Source of the DNA: a virus
Taxonomy: Duplodnaviria > Caudoviricetes
DNA: 40,929 nt
Direction: 5' to 3' (one strand)
IMG/VR virus record: IMGVR_UViG_3300037127_000005
Coordinates: 1 to 40,929 of that record
Numbering within the stretch: the stretch's first letter is position 1; each line of letters starts with the position of its first letter. Shown piece by piece: positions 25,385 through 33,354 of the stretch. Below the pieces are notes generated by a model. It saw only the letters and a program-made list of their open reading frames with translations. It ran no database searches and was not told where the DNA came from. Made by a program: the position numbers and the translations under genes.

Positions 25385-25824
25385 AACTCACCATACTCCT
25401 TTGCCGCTTCATCATATTTCTCGATTTTACCCAACGCGGATTTAACCGAGTGCGAGAAACAACCATTATCAACCGCCGCTTTGTGCATAACAATGTCCTC
25501 ATTGACGTATTGCACCGCAGCATTAACAACGCTTTCTTGAATGGGTTTACCACCAAGCTTTTTAAATGCATTGAACTTACCAGCTATATCACTTGGCCAA
25601 GCCGACAGTACACCATGCCAATTCTCAATCTTTTCAGCTAGCGCTTTACCTTGTTGTCTAGTAACGCAAGCGCGACCACATGTAAGCTCTTTAATTTCTC
25701 GCCACGCTTCACGGTCAAACATGTACTTTTCAGCGGCGGCAATTGTCACTTGTGAGTACTTGCGACCACTTGTTGAGCGCTCAATAAAGCCAAGCAAAAA
25801 ATCAAATTGTTGTTTTGTTATCAC
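25381..25824 (-). CDS. Putative DNA-binding regulator with tandem TrfB/PapB-like helical repeats
   Basis: ITKQQFDFLL...TIAAAEKYMF and VVNAAVQYV...AAVDNG..SVKSALGKI segments; GTG start after AAGGTG. Confidence 0.5.
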   Translation of the reverse strand: MITKQQFDFLLGFIERSTSGRKYSQVTIAAAEKYMFDREAWREIKELTCGRACVTRQQGKALAEKIENWHGVLSAWPSDIAGKFNAFKKLGGKPIQESVVNAAVQYVNEDIVMHKAAVDNGCFSHSVKSALGKIEKYDEAAKEYGEL

Positions 25825-25866
25825 TACTTATCACCTTAACTTAAACTTTTAAACATAATAGCACTT

Positions 25867-25905
25867 AAAAATAATGTTGACAACTGGCGCATCCTTGTTT
25901 AGTGT
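25867..25905 (+). promoter_or_regulatory. sigma70-like promoter, back-to-back with a - strand TGCTATTAT (25863-25855)
   Basis: AAAAATAA-TG-TTGACA (25877)-17-TAGTGT. Confidence 0.6.
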
Positions 25906-25932
25906 TATGTTTAAATTGATTGATGGAGCATA

Positions 25933-26127
25933 ATGATGCTTAAATTTATAGAAAGCCCACAAGTGCAAATATTTTGCAGTTTATTGGTTATGGTATTTGC
26001 TGCGTTTGAGCTATACCTTGGAAGCTCTGATTTTATTTTAATGATGATTTTGATTGCATATTGCATTACAGACATTAATAAGGAGCTTGTAATCATTTCA
26101 AAAGCCCGTGGAGAAAACCATGAATAA
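25933..26127 (+). CDS. Small 2-TM membrane protein
   Basis: GGAG RBS; two hydrophobic segments. Confidence 0.65.
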   Translation: MMLKFIESPQVQIFCSLLVMVFAAFELYLGSSDFILMMILIAYCITDINKELVIISKARGENHE

Positions 26128-26431
26128 GCAACCAAGACAAGTAATACCAGTAGCGCCGCGCACGTATGCAAAACTGGTAAAGGAATACACCGAAAGCGAT
26201 TACGCAAAGCTTGAGCATAAACGCAACGAGGAAAGGCGTAAACTGCAATGCCAAATCAAAGAGTTGAATTTAAAGCTTGATAGTAAAAGTCATTTGCTTG
26301 AGCTTAGCAAGCGTATGGGCGAGGCATTGGAAGAAAAGGCTAAACGCAATAAGAAAGTATCTTCAGCCACCCTTGCTTTTAGCGTGTGCATCGCTTTTGG
26401 CGTTGGCTTATTAGTCGGGTTGGGGTTTTGA
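26120..26431 (+). CDS. Coiled-coil protein with C-terminal TM anchor
   Basis: GGAG RBS before ATG 26120 (MNKQPRQ); C-terminal ATLAFSVCIAFGVGLLVGLGF. Confidence 0.75.
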   Translation: MNKQPRQVIPVAPRTYAKLVKEYTESDYAKLEHKRNEERRKLQCQIKELNLKLDSKSHLLELSKRMGEALEEKAKRNKKVSSATLAFSVCIAFGVGLLVGLGF

Positions 26432-26432
26432 T

Positions 26433-26568
26433 TATGAAAATAAACGGCCTTACATTTTGCTTTGTCGGCTCAGTGATTGGGCTTACAACAGGTGATTATA
26501 GCTTTTTGTGGTCAGCGCTGGTTATATTCTCAATACTGCGACTGACCAAGCAAGTGTACTTTTTCTAA
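26433..26568 (+). CDS. Small hydrophobic protein
   Basis: MKINGLTFCFVGSVIGL...; start approximate; followed by a terminator-like hairpin. Confidence 0.5.
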
Positions 26569-26570
26569 GC

Positions 26571-26591
26571 AAACCCCTCGCAATGAGGGGC
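26571..26591. terminator. Terminator hairpin between convergent genes
   Basis: CCCCTC-gcaat-GAGGGG. Confidence 0.55.
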
Positions 26592-27169
26592 TATTCCTTC
26601 CTAGGCAAGTCTGGCTCACCTTCGTACCAATCCAGGAAATACTGCACCCTAGCATTACCTGTGCCAGTATTCGTAAGCTTCACAAGATAGGTGGTATTCT
26701 CTGGCAATACTCTTTCGCGCCCCTCTGGTATCGACTCGCCGCTTCTTTGTCCTGTCGAGTTTGAGCCAAAGTAATACTCAGAGTCGGAGTTGTCCAAAGG
26801 GGTGCCGTCTACGCTTACAGTTGAGTCTTTGTAAACTTCAACCGTGCTTACAACCGGATTCACGCCGTTGTAATTGTCTGGGGTTAGCGGTGTGCCAGTT
26901 TGATCGTCAAATGTAGGGTTGTCGAACAGCTCCAACTTTATCTCTTCGGCAGAATAGTGAACAATCCTAACCTTTACTAGCACTTTCTTAGAGCTTGTTT
27001 TGAACACAATGTATTTGCTTTGTCCGGCTGGTATTGGGTCGGCCAGCGGGTATACGACGCGCGTGTAATATTGAAGTCCGTTTTTAACGTTTTGCTCAGG
27101 GTAAAACGCGACCGTCCAAGCCCTACGCCCAGTAACAAGATATTTAACCAACTGCAAAAAATTAATCAT
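26591..27169 (-). CDS. Putative virion accessory structural protein
   Basis: Beta-rich, ending ERVLPENTTYLVKLTN...DWYE; start at MINFLQ by ATGA overlap. Confidence 0.6.
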   Translation of the reverse strand: MINFLQLVKYLVTGRRAWTVAFYPEQNVKNGLQYYTRVVYPLADPIPAGQSKYIVFKTSSKKVLVKVRIVHYSAEEIKLELFDNPTFDDQTGTPLTPDNYNGVNPVVSTVEVYKDSTVSVDGTPLDNSDSEYYFGSNSTGQRSGESIPEGRERVLPENTTYLVKLTNTGTGNARVQYFLDWYEGEPDLPRKE

Positions 27170-27426
27170 GGCGCATACTCCACTTGTAATGTTGCTGGCC
27201 CTAACACCCAACAATCAACGCCCTCTTGCGTGATAACTGAGTCATCTTGCTCAACACGCACGTAACCGCTATCTTTTGTCGGCTCACTATCGCCAAAGTG
27301 TATGCGCTCAACTGGTGTTAGCACGGTAACTGTTAGCTGGTCGCCTGGCTCAACACCTTGGCTAACTAGGTAAGCGTTTTGGTGTATATTAGTCCAGCCT
27401 TGGCTAACCTCGATATTATCAAACAT
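27166..27426 (-). CDS. Small beta-rich putative virion protein
   Basis: GAGG RBS; TGATATAAT extended -10 at 27462-27454. Confidence 0.65.
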   Translation of the reverse strand: MFDNIEVSQGWTNIHQNAYLVSQGVEPGDQLTVTVLTPVERIHFGDSEPTKDSGYVRVEQDDSVITQEGVDCWVLGPATLQVEYAP

Positions 27427-27526
27427 AGTTATACCTCTATTTATGTTTTGCTCATTATATCAGCTAAAAAACTTGCATGTTTAAATATATAACGTTATTG
27501 TGTAAGTGTTATTTTTAATTGGAGAT

Positions 27527-27772
27527 ATGACGATGACCCTACAACAAATAGCCGAACAAGCGATGGATTACCTAGATAGTGTTGGTGTGGCGGCGGAGTG
27601 GTGGATTGACGACACCAAAATGACGTACCGTGAAATGCTCTTTGTACAAACGGACAAGTTTACTTTCACACAAATAGGCAAGATGGATAATGATGATTTC
27701 GACACCCATTTATTACGGAATGACATGCTATACGGCATAGCTATACACTACCCACAAAAAAGCCCCAATTAA
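27527..27772 (+). CDS. Hypothetical protein (solitary + strand unit)
   Basis: TTGCAT-17-TATTGT promoter (27473-27501), GGAG RBS and a terminator at the 3' end. Start at 27527 or 27533. Confidence 0.7.
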   Translation: MTMTLQQIAEQAMDYLDSVGVAAEWWIDDTKMTYREMLFVQTDKFTFTQIGKMDNDDFDTHLLRNDMLYGIAIHYPQKSPN

Positions 27773-27786
27773 GGGGCTTTGCTTTT
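27756..27786. terminator. Bidirectional terminator
   Basis: AAAAAAGCCCC-aattaa-GGGGCTTT. Confidence 0.75.
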
Positions 27787-27796
27787 GCGTTCAAGT

Positions 27797-27958
27797 TTAT
27801 TTCTTAGTGGAGGTTTTTGGCTCAACCTTTACGGCGTAGCCAGCTTTTACCATAGCTTCCGCCAACTGTGTTTCTAGGTCTTGCTCACCAAGTTTTAGCT
27901 CGGTCACTTCGCCTTTGACTTTGGCAAAATGACCCGCTTTAGTTACATTAACTTTCAC
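27797..27958 (-). CDS. Small post-capsid protein, 53 aa (absent from the ORF track)
   Basis: AAGGAG RBS and GTG start; MKVNVTKAGHFAKVKGEVTELKLGEQDLETQLAEAMVKAGYAVKVEPKTSTKK. Position of lambda gpFI-like/head accessory genes. Confidence 0.75.
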   Translation of the reverse strand: MKVNVTKAGHFAKVKGEVTELKLGEQDLETQLAEAMVKAGYAVKVEPKTSTKK

Positions 27959-27970
27959 AGGTCACACTCC

Positions 27971-29041
27971 TTAGCTTGATGCGTATAGCGTTGACTTCAA
28001 GCCGCTAAATGTATTCTTACTGCAGAAACCAGCAGCGAACCATTTAACGAACTGGTAAGGGTCGTTGTGCTTAAAGCGTGGCATTTGATAGCTCGACATC
28101 ATCATACCAACTTTAGCGTGCAAGCCATTCATACCAAGAATTGAGATCAAGATTTGGTTGCCGCTTAACTGGCTATCAGCCTGAATAGATGTGAACTCAG
28201 GGATTAACTGATTAACAGCCGCCATGATGTTCATAAAGCCAGTGCTGTTTGATGCCGCGATACGCTGGAAGTTAGACATGATTTGCGGTGATACTTTCAA
28301 CACAAACGGGCCTGACTTCTTATTGTTGATGCGTAGCACATCAAGAGCCGCTAGTAATTCCTTGACCGCCTCTGCATCAGTCGTAGCTGCTGCAGAAAGG
28401 TCAGTTAAAAGCGTGTAAGTTGCAACGCTTGAATCACCTTTTAAACCACCCCAGCCAACAGTATCAACTTTAAGCGATGCGTCACCATTCCAAAGGTAAT
28501 CGTTCACATCTTCAAGCAGTGCAAATTCGATTTCCATGGAATCTTCCGCAAGCGCTGGTAAAGCTTCTGATTGCATTGCTGCAACATCACGGAAGTCGCG
28601 ACCATAACCACCGTCAAAAATTGGCACAATCGTTTTTTGGTAGTTACTTTCTGTTTTATCCATCTCAATGTCAGTTTGACCAGACATTGAGCGAGTAATC
28701 CGACCAGCTTCACTGTAACGGCGTGATTCAATTACTTTCTTACCAATATTAACCGTTTGAGCGCCCGCCATTAGATCGCCAAGTAGGTTTTGCGAACCCC
28801 AATCGCGATCTTCACCTGTGGCAGTGCCATCAACTAAGCGGTACATTTCATCAATGCGCAGGTTGTTTACAGAAAAATCTTTATCTGCTTTGTTGATACC
28901 GAAAGTTTCACCGGTGCATTTTAGTAAGTCCAGTGACGCATTAACACCCGCTTTACGGAAGTCCTGCAAGTCATCCCACTGGCGGTTTAGTGCGTGTAGC
29001 TCTTTGCCGCTCTTACCTTTAAAATTAAAATAAATGCTCAT
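27971..29041 (-). CDS. Major capsid protein (HK97 fold)
   Basis: 356 aa, downstream of the protease and cement genes; SMSGQT, VPIFDGGYGRDFR and YLWNGD motifs. Confidence 0.88.
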   Translation of the reverse strand: MSIYFNFKGKSGKELHALNRQWDDLQDFRKAGVNASLDLLKCTGETFGINKADKDFSVNNLRIDEMYRLVDGTATGEDRDWGSQNLLGDLMAGAQTVNIGKKVIESRRYSEAGRITRSMSGQTDIEMDKTESNYQKTIVPIFDGGYGRDFRDVAAMQSEALPALAEDSMEIEFALLEDVNDYLWNGDASLKVDTVGWGGLKGDSSVATYTLLTDLSAAATTDAEAVKELLAALDVLRINNKKSGPFVLKVSPQIMSNFQRIAASNSTGFMNIMAAVNQLIPEFTSIQADSQLSGNQILISILGMNGLHAKVGMMMSSYQMPRFKHNDPYQFVKWFAAGFCSKNTFSGLKSTLYASS

Positions 29042-29053
29042 TACTCACCCCTT

Positions 29054-29503
29054 TTAAAGTGCGCGACATAAAACTAAAGTACCCGCAGCAGTTACGTTAA
29101 TAACTTCTTCGGTTACTGCAAAAATTTGCTCTGTGCCATCAGTTTCACCAAGCTTAAAGTCGCCATCGCCATTTGATGCAACCGGAGCGCCTTTAGTTGT
29201 TACGTTCTGGCCTGTAGCGAATGATAGTAAAACAAAATCACCGCTGTTTACACTGATAGCCTTTACCGTGTCCCCGCTAACAACTGCAGTGCTTGTTGAA
29301 CCGCCAACTGTTTGCGCTTGATCGTCACAAATTAAAAACTCATTACCAAAAGTGGTAGAAGCTTTTGCCGTAACATCAATCGCACCAGCTGCAGCACGCG
29401 CTAGCAACTGACCAGGTTTAAATGCTGATTGTGCAACACCTTCAATTGTTTGCTTGATGCGGCCAACACCGCCAACAAAAATACTATTCTTTCCTGCTGC
29501 CAT
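29054..29503 (-). CDS. Capsid decoration/cement protein
   Basis: 149 aa, Ala/Gly/Thr-rich, with EGVAQSAFKPGQL and SNGDGDFK; lies between protease and MCP. Confidence 0.78.
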   Translation of the reverse strand: MAAGKNSIFVGGVGRIKQTIEGVAQSAFKPGQLLARAAAGAIDVTAKASTTFGNEFLICDDQAQTVGGSTSTAVVSGDTVKAISVNSGDFVLLSFATGQNVTTKGAPVASNGDGDFKLGETDGTEQIFAVTEEVINVTAAGTLVLCRAL

Positions 29504-29508
29504 GATTA

Positions 29509-30909
29509 TTACTCCTCAAGACCAGGTTTGCGTGAACGATATTCACCGTCATCTGAATTAGTAGACGTTTGACGCCCTTCGTGTTTTGCGTTGTAGCCTT
29601 CGGCCACATACTCTGCACCGTTAGCTTCAAGCACGTCTTTTAGTGCGTTGGCACCCATGGTCTTGGCAACTTCTTTGTTAATGCCAATTTTGAGACCAAC
29701 AACTTGGTCAACCAATTGATCAAGCTCTTTTTCAGCGTTGGCGGTTAGTTGGTCGGCAAGCGGTTTAATCGCCGCGTTAACAATCGACTCAACATCTTCT
29801 TTGGTGAAACCCCCACTAGCATTTGCGGCAAGCTTAGATTTCATTAGAGTTTTAAGCTCATCGTCTGTAACTTGGCTATTAGTAGCTAAGCCTAGCGCTT
29901 CGAGCATTTCACTACGATCCATAATTAGATCCTCATTTTGGTGGTTTACGTCAAATTCCTGACTATTGTAGCCTATCCCCAGTTTATTCGCAAAAGCGGT
30001 AATAGCGCGGTTAATTATTGATTCAACTGGTTGCTCTTGATTGCTGTTAACAACAAAATCATCAAAGTTATAAACCTCGACGTCCTGACCGTTAAAGCGC
30101 ATAACCGTGGCATCACCGCCGGCTGGTTGCTCTGATTCGTGTAGCATGGCTAAATGGTCGTACTGCTGATTCATGGCCACCTTATCGTAATCATCGCCGC
30201 ACTCGTTGTTAGCGTCAAAGGTTAGCCCGGTACTAACGCCGATTGGCTCGCCATTATCTAGGCGGTCGGCAAAGTATTCACCCATGTCAGTGGCGCGCAA
30301 CTTCTTCTCGTTTATTTCAGCGTCAGCATACCAAGTACCATCCTTGTTGTAAGTGCCAGTTACTTTGCCACCGGAATAGTAGTCAATGCCATTCGGCGAA
30401 AACACTGACACGTTACGGCCATCTTCATCGGCTGGGTGCGTTAACGTCATTGGCATGCCGTTTAATGATTGCATGCCTTTCTTGTTTTCATCGGCTGGGT
30501 ATTTAATGCCGTTCATGATTGCGTCATCAACAGTAACCGGTATACCGTTAATCTGGTATTTGCCGTCAGTCTTATTGACCGTGGTCTTGCTTGTGTTTGT
30601 TGCTAATATAATTCGCATGTTGCTAGCCTCGTTTGTACTGGGGTTACCTGGTATACAGTCCCAGTATATCAAACTAAGTGTGTTAGGGTTAAACCCGCGC
30701 TCGTTCAGCTTATCGGCGCGTGAGCAATAACTGGCCTTGGCTTTAGGATTATCTTGACGGGTGCGCATATCAGCGTCACCAAAGTGCACAGACTTACCAT
30801 CTGATTGCCTGACAGCTTTGAAGGTTTTACCTTTGGCTGTTGGTTTTTCTATTTTAACTCGACCAATACCGTATCCTAGCGTGTAAGTTGATCCAATTTT
30901 AAAGCGCAT
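29509..30909 (-). CDS. Prohead protease/scaffold (DUF2213-like) with an extra N-terminal basic domain
   Basis: MNGIKYP, TLTHP, IGVSTGL and YDHLAML..EQPAG motifs; C-terminal helical scaffold region. Confidence 0.85.
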   Translation of the reverse strand: MRFKIGSTYTLGYGIGRVKIEKPTAKGKTFKAVRQSDGKSVHFGDADMRTRQDNPKAKASYCSRADKLNERGFNPNTLSLIYWDCIPGNPSTNEASNMRIILATNTSKTTVNKTDGKYQINGIPVTVDDAIMNGIKYPADENKKGMQSLNGMPMTLTHPADEDGRNVSVFSPNGIDYYSGGKVTGTYNKDGTWYADAEINEKKLRATDMGEYFADRLDNGEPIGVSTGLTFDANNECGDDYDKVAMNQQYDHLAMLHESEQPAGGDATVMRFNGQDVEVYNFDDFVVNSNQEQPVESIINRAITAFANKLGIGYNSQEFDVNHQNEDLIMDRSEMLEALGLATNSQVTDDELKTLMKSKLAANASGGFTKEDVESIVNAAIKPLADQLTANAEKELDQLVDQVVGLKIGINKEVAKTMGANALKDVLEANGAEYVAEGYNAKHEGRQTSTNSDDGEYRSRKPGLEE

Positions 30910-30946
30910 AAAAAAGCCCTATGGTTTAGATAGGGCTATTGTAGCA
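30910..30946 (-). promoter_or_regulatory. Extended -10 promoter overlapping an intrinsic terminator directly before the ATG
   Basis: TGCTACAAT-A-GCCCTAT-ctaaacc-ATAGGGC-TTTTTT-ATG. Confidence 0.65.
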
Positions 30947-30975
30947 AGTTTTAAAAGGTGGTGCTAATTGCAGGG

Positions 30976-31086
30976 TTATTTTGCTTTAGGCGGCTTTTTT
31001 GGTTTGCTTGACTTAATGCATGGCTGGTATCCGCCAAGGTTTTCTCTGGCTCTTTTGCACCCATCACAGTTGCACGCATCACTCAT
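30976..31086 (-). CDS. Small Cys/Lys/Pro-rich protein, 36 aa
   Basis: MSDACNCDGCKRARENLGGYQPCIKSSKPKKPPKAK; GGAGG RBS; ATGA overlap. Confidence 0.55.
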   Translation of the reverse strand: MSDACNCDGCKRARENLGGYQPCIKSSKPKKPPKAK

Positions 31087-31253
31087 TTCACCACCCTCCG
31101 TAAAGTTAAAATTCGTTGTTTCTTTTTATCCTGATGCAGCAACCTATGCAAGGTAGAAAAGTGCATCGGGTATATTGTTGGCTTTTTGCAAAAAGGATCA
31201 AAGCAGGATAATCTAAAACTATCCCGTATTTGTTTTGTTATCATCCGTTTCAT
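31083..31253 (-). CDS. Small basic hypothetical protein, 56 aa
   Basis: MKRMITKQIRDSFRLSC...; ATGA overlaps at both ends. Confidence 0.5.
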   Translation of the reverse strand: MKRMITKQIRDSFRLSCFDPFCKKPTIYPMHFSTLHRLLHQDKKKQRILTLRRVVK

Positions 31254-31444
31254 TTAATCCACCCCGCCATAATTAAAACTGGCAACACTACAACTTTAAC
31301 CGCTGTGTTTTTGCCATCAGTAAAAGTGCCGACATGCAGCAGGTAAGTGTCATCATACTTTCCCCACGTAAAGCTTTTTGATATTTGAATGACAATCAGA
31401 AAACGCCAGAAGCTTAAATCTAGTCGATAATTACCTTTCATCAT
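31250..31444 (-). CDS. Hypothetical protein
   Basis: AGGAG RBS; 64-aa ORF. Confidence 0.65.
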   Translation of the reverse strand: MMKGNYRLDLSFWRFLIVIQISKSFTWGKYDDTYLLHVGTFTDGKNTAVKVVVLPVLIMAGWIK

Positions 31445-31511
31445 TTCAACTCCTAATATCTAATCACTTGCCCGTAGGCTATTATTTGTATCCAGTATGT
31501 TTTTGTGTCGG

Positions 31512-31817
31512 TCACACCCCCACCCCATAATCATCAGCCATCTGCTTTAGCAAAGCAGACGCCTCGTTGTAAATTAATTCATTCAACTCATCGCGACAGT
31601 CGCAACACTCAGCGCCGTCTAGCCATTTATTTACTAATGGCACCAAATCCACATCAGCAAGAATATTGTCACGACAGATAAGCGCCTCTTTGCTGTGCGG
31701 TGTGCTGCGGTCATACTGCACTTCATTTGCCACTACTAAATTAGCTGCACCGTGCACCCAGTCATGTCGCGGTATCTTGGTGTGCTTTGCCACTTCTTCT
31801 GCTGTTATTGTTTGCAT
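31512..31817 (-). CDS. Hypothetical protein
   Basis: 101-aa ORF with GGAG RBS, coupled to the upstream gene. Confidence 0.7.
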   Translation of the reverse strand: MQTITAEEVAKHTKIPRHDWVHGAANLVVANEVQYDRSTPHSKEALICRDNILADVDLVPLVNKWLDGAECCDCRDELNELIYNEASALLKQMADDYGVGV

Positions 31818-32044
31818 TTTTCTAACTCCGATAAAAGCGCATCTGCCAAAGCTACCGCGCTTTCAGCCGCATACCTATAATACTTCGGCTGATTACTGTC
31901 CGTTGCGTCATAGCATGTGTTTGCCATAATGTGCATGGCAAACATCTCGCGCTTGGTTAAGCCTGCACCATAATTAATAGCGCAAGGTACTGGATAAGTT
32001 TCAGGGTTGTTATTTGGCATTGCTGGTAAATCTGCATTTTTCAT
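31805..32044 (-). CDS. Conserved small phage protein (GLTKREMFAM...AVALADALL family)
   Basis: Widespread phage motif recognised by eye; the GGAG RBS favours MKNADLPA at 32044. Confidence 0.75.
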   Translation of the reverse strand: MKNADLPAMPNNNPETYPVPCAINYGAGLTKREMFAMHIMANTCYDATDSNQPKYYRYAAESAVALADALLSELEKCKQ

Positions 32045-32073
32045 TTCTATCTCCATCTATCTACTTAGCCCTA

Positions 32074-32124
32074 AATATAATATTAAACAAAACACTTTAC
32101 AAGTATTATTTTTGCGGTTATTGT
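32074..32124. promoter_or_regulatory. Overlapping divergent sigma70 promoters
   Basis: Minus strand: AAAAATAA-TAC-TTGTAA-17-TATATT. Plus strand: TTTACA-17-TATTGT. Confidence 0.6.
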
Positions 32125-32155
32125 TTGTTGTGAGTTTAATTATTGGAGATAGAGA

Positions 32156-32980
32156 ATGAAATATCCGTATATTGGTGATTGCAGTGGTTATGTTCGAGTG
32201 CTTTTCACTAGCGCCGGCACTGGGGTTAATATGAAATCACTCCGCCACTGTGATGGATGGATTGAGGGCAACTTCAAAAACATCACCCGCGAATACCTAG
32301 CTAACACTTACGGCAAGGTTGAGAGTAAAGAGCATGCGGAGTTTATTGTTAAGTTGGCTCATAATCATAGCATTAAGTGCTACTCAGGCTACCAAAGCTA
32401 CTCAAGCCATGGGTTTTGTTTTTACATAAACGGTTATGATGAATTGACACTTGCTTTTATGCACATTGAAAGATGCAAAGATAGTGGAGAAAAACAAATC
32501 ACAATCCCACTACCACCAAAAGTACTAGCACCAACAGCAACGCAAGAGGAAGAATTTGAAATGGCACAGATTGAGAAAAACAACGGCGATAACCTTATGT
32601 TTGCGGGTGAGTCAATAAAAGATTCAAGAGTGTATGCAGAGCAATTACGTAAAGAAATGGGTTGCGATGACTCGCTTCTAAGTGATAAATGCAAGGAATG
32701 GCCCGCCGTGGGTGATGAGGTTGAAGTAAGCTTGGGTATCGGTATTGTTAAAGGTGTCGGAATTGTAAACGGCAAGAAATGCGTATTTGTTCAACTTGAA
32801 AATACATGTGAGACTACAACCAACTTTTCAAAACCCAAAACACCAAAGGAAGAGTTGCGGGATGAAATTACGCAGACCATTCACGATGATGTTTACAATG
32901 GAGTTTACGACAAGCAATCTTTAGTGGTTTTTGCCAACGCTTTAATGAAAAAATACAACATAACCAAAAAGCCGCAATAA
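32156..32980 (+). CDS. Hypothetical mosaic phage protein
   Basis: 274-aa ORF with GGAG RBS; WPAVGDEV module near the C-terminus. Confidence 0.75.
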   Translation: MKYPYIGDCSGYVRVLFTSAGTGVNMKSLRHCDGWIEGNFKNITREYLANTYGKVESKEHAEFIVKLAHNHSIKCYSGYQSYSSHGFCFYINGYDELTLAFMHIERCKDSGEKQITIPLPPKVLAPTATQEEEFEMAQIEKNNGDNLMFAGESIKDSRVYAEQLRKEMGCDDSLLSDKCKEWPAVGDEVEVSLGIGIVKGVGIVNGKKCVFVQLENTCETTTNFSKPKTPKEELRDEITQTIHDDVYNGVYDKQSLVVFANALMKKYNITKKPQ

Positions 32981-32997
32981 GCGGCTAAGGATTAAAT

Positions 32998-33354
32998 GTG
33001 AATATATTTACGCACTTAACAAATATAGCGTTTAGAAATTATCAAAAAGGTTTCTGTAGGGATTGGAATGAGCATCTAGATAAGATAATAGATAATCATG
33101 ATAAAGCAACTTTAAAAAATGGTAACATACTATTTGTAATCAACGGTGAGCGTATAGAGGTTTGGTGTAATAATAAATTTTACGCTTACGGATTCGCTTA
33201 CAAATTGGGTGGGGTTGCAGTTAATAAAAGCTGTCAGTTCAGACCTTCATTAAAGGTCATGAAAAAGCTACATAATTTTGAGGTAAAACTAAGTAAAGAT
33301 AAGGTTAAATTAGAGCGGGGTGAATTTAACCTTTTGATGAAAACTAAAACCTAA
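32998..33354 (+). CDS. Hypothetical protein
   Basis: 118-aa AT-rich ORF converging on terL. Confidence 0.65.
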   Translation: MNIFTHLTNIAFRNYQKGFCRDWNEHLDKIIDNHDKATLKNGNILFVINGERIEVWCNNKFYAYGFAYKLGGVAVNKSCQFRPSLKVMKKLHNFEVKLSKDKVKLERGEFNLLMKTKT

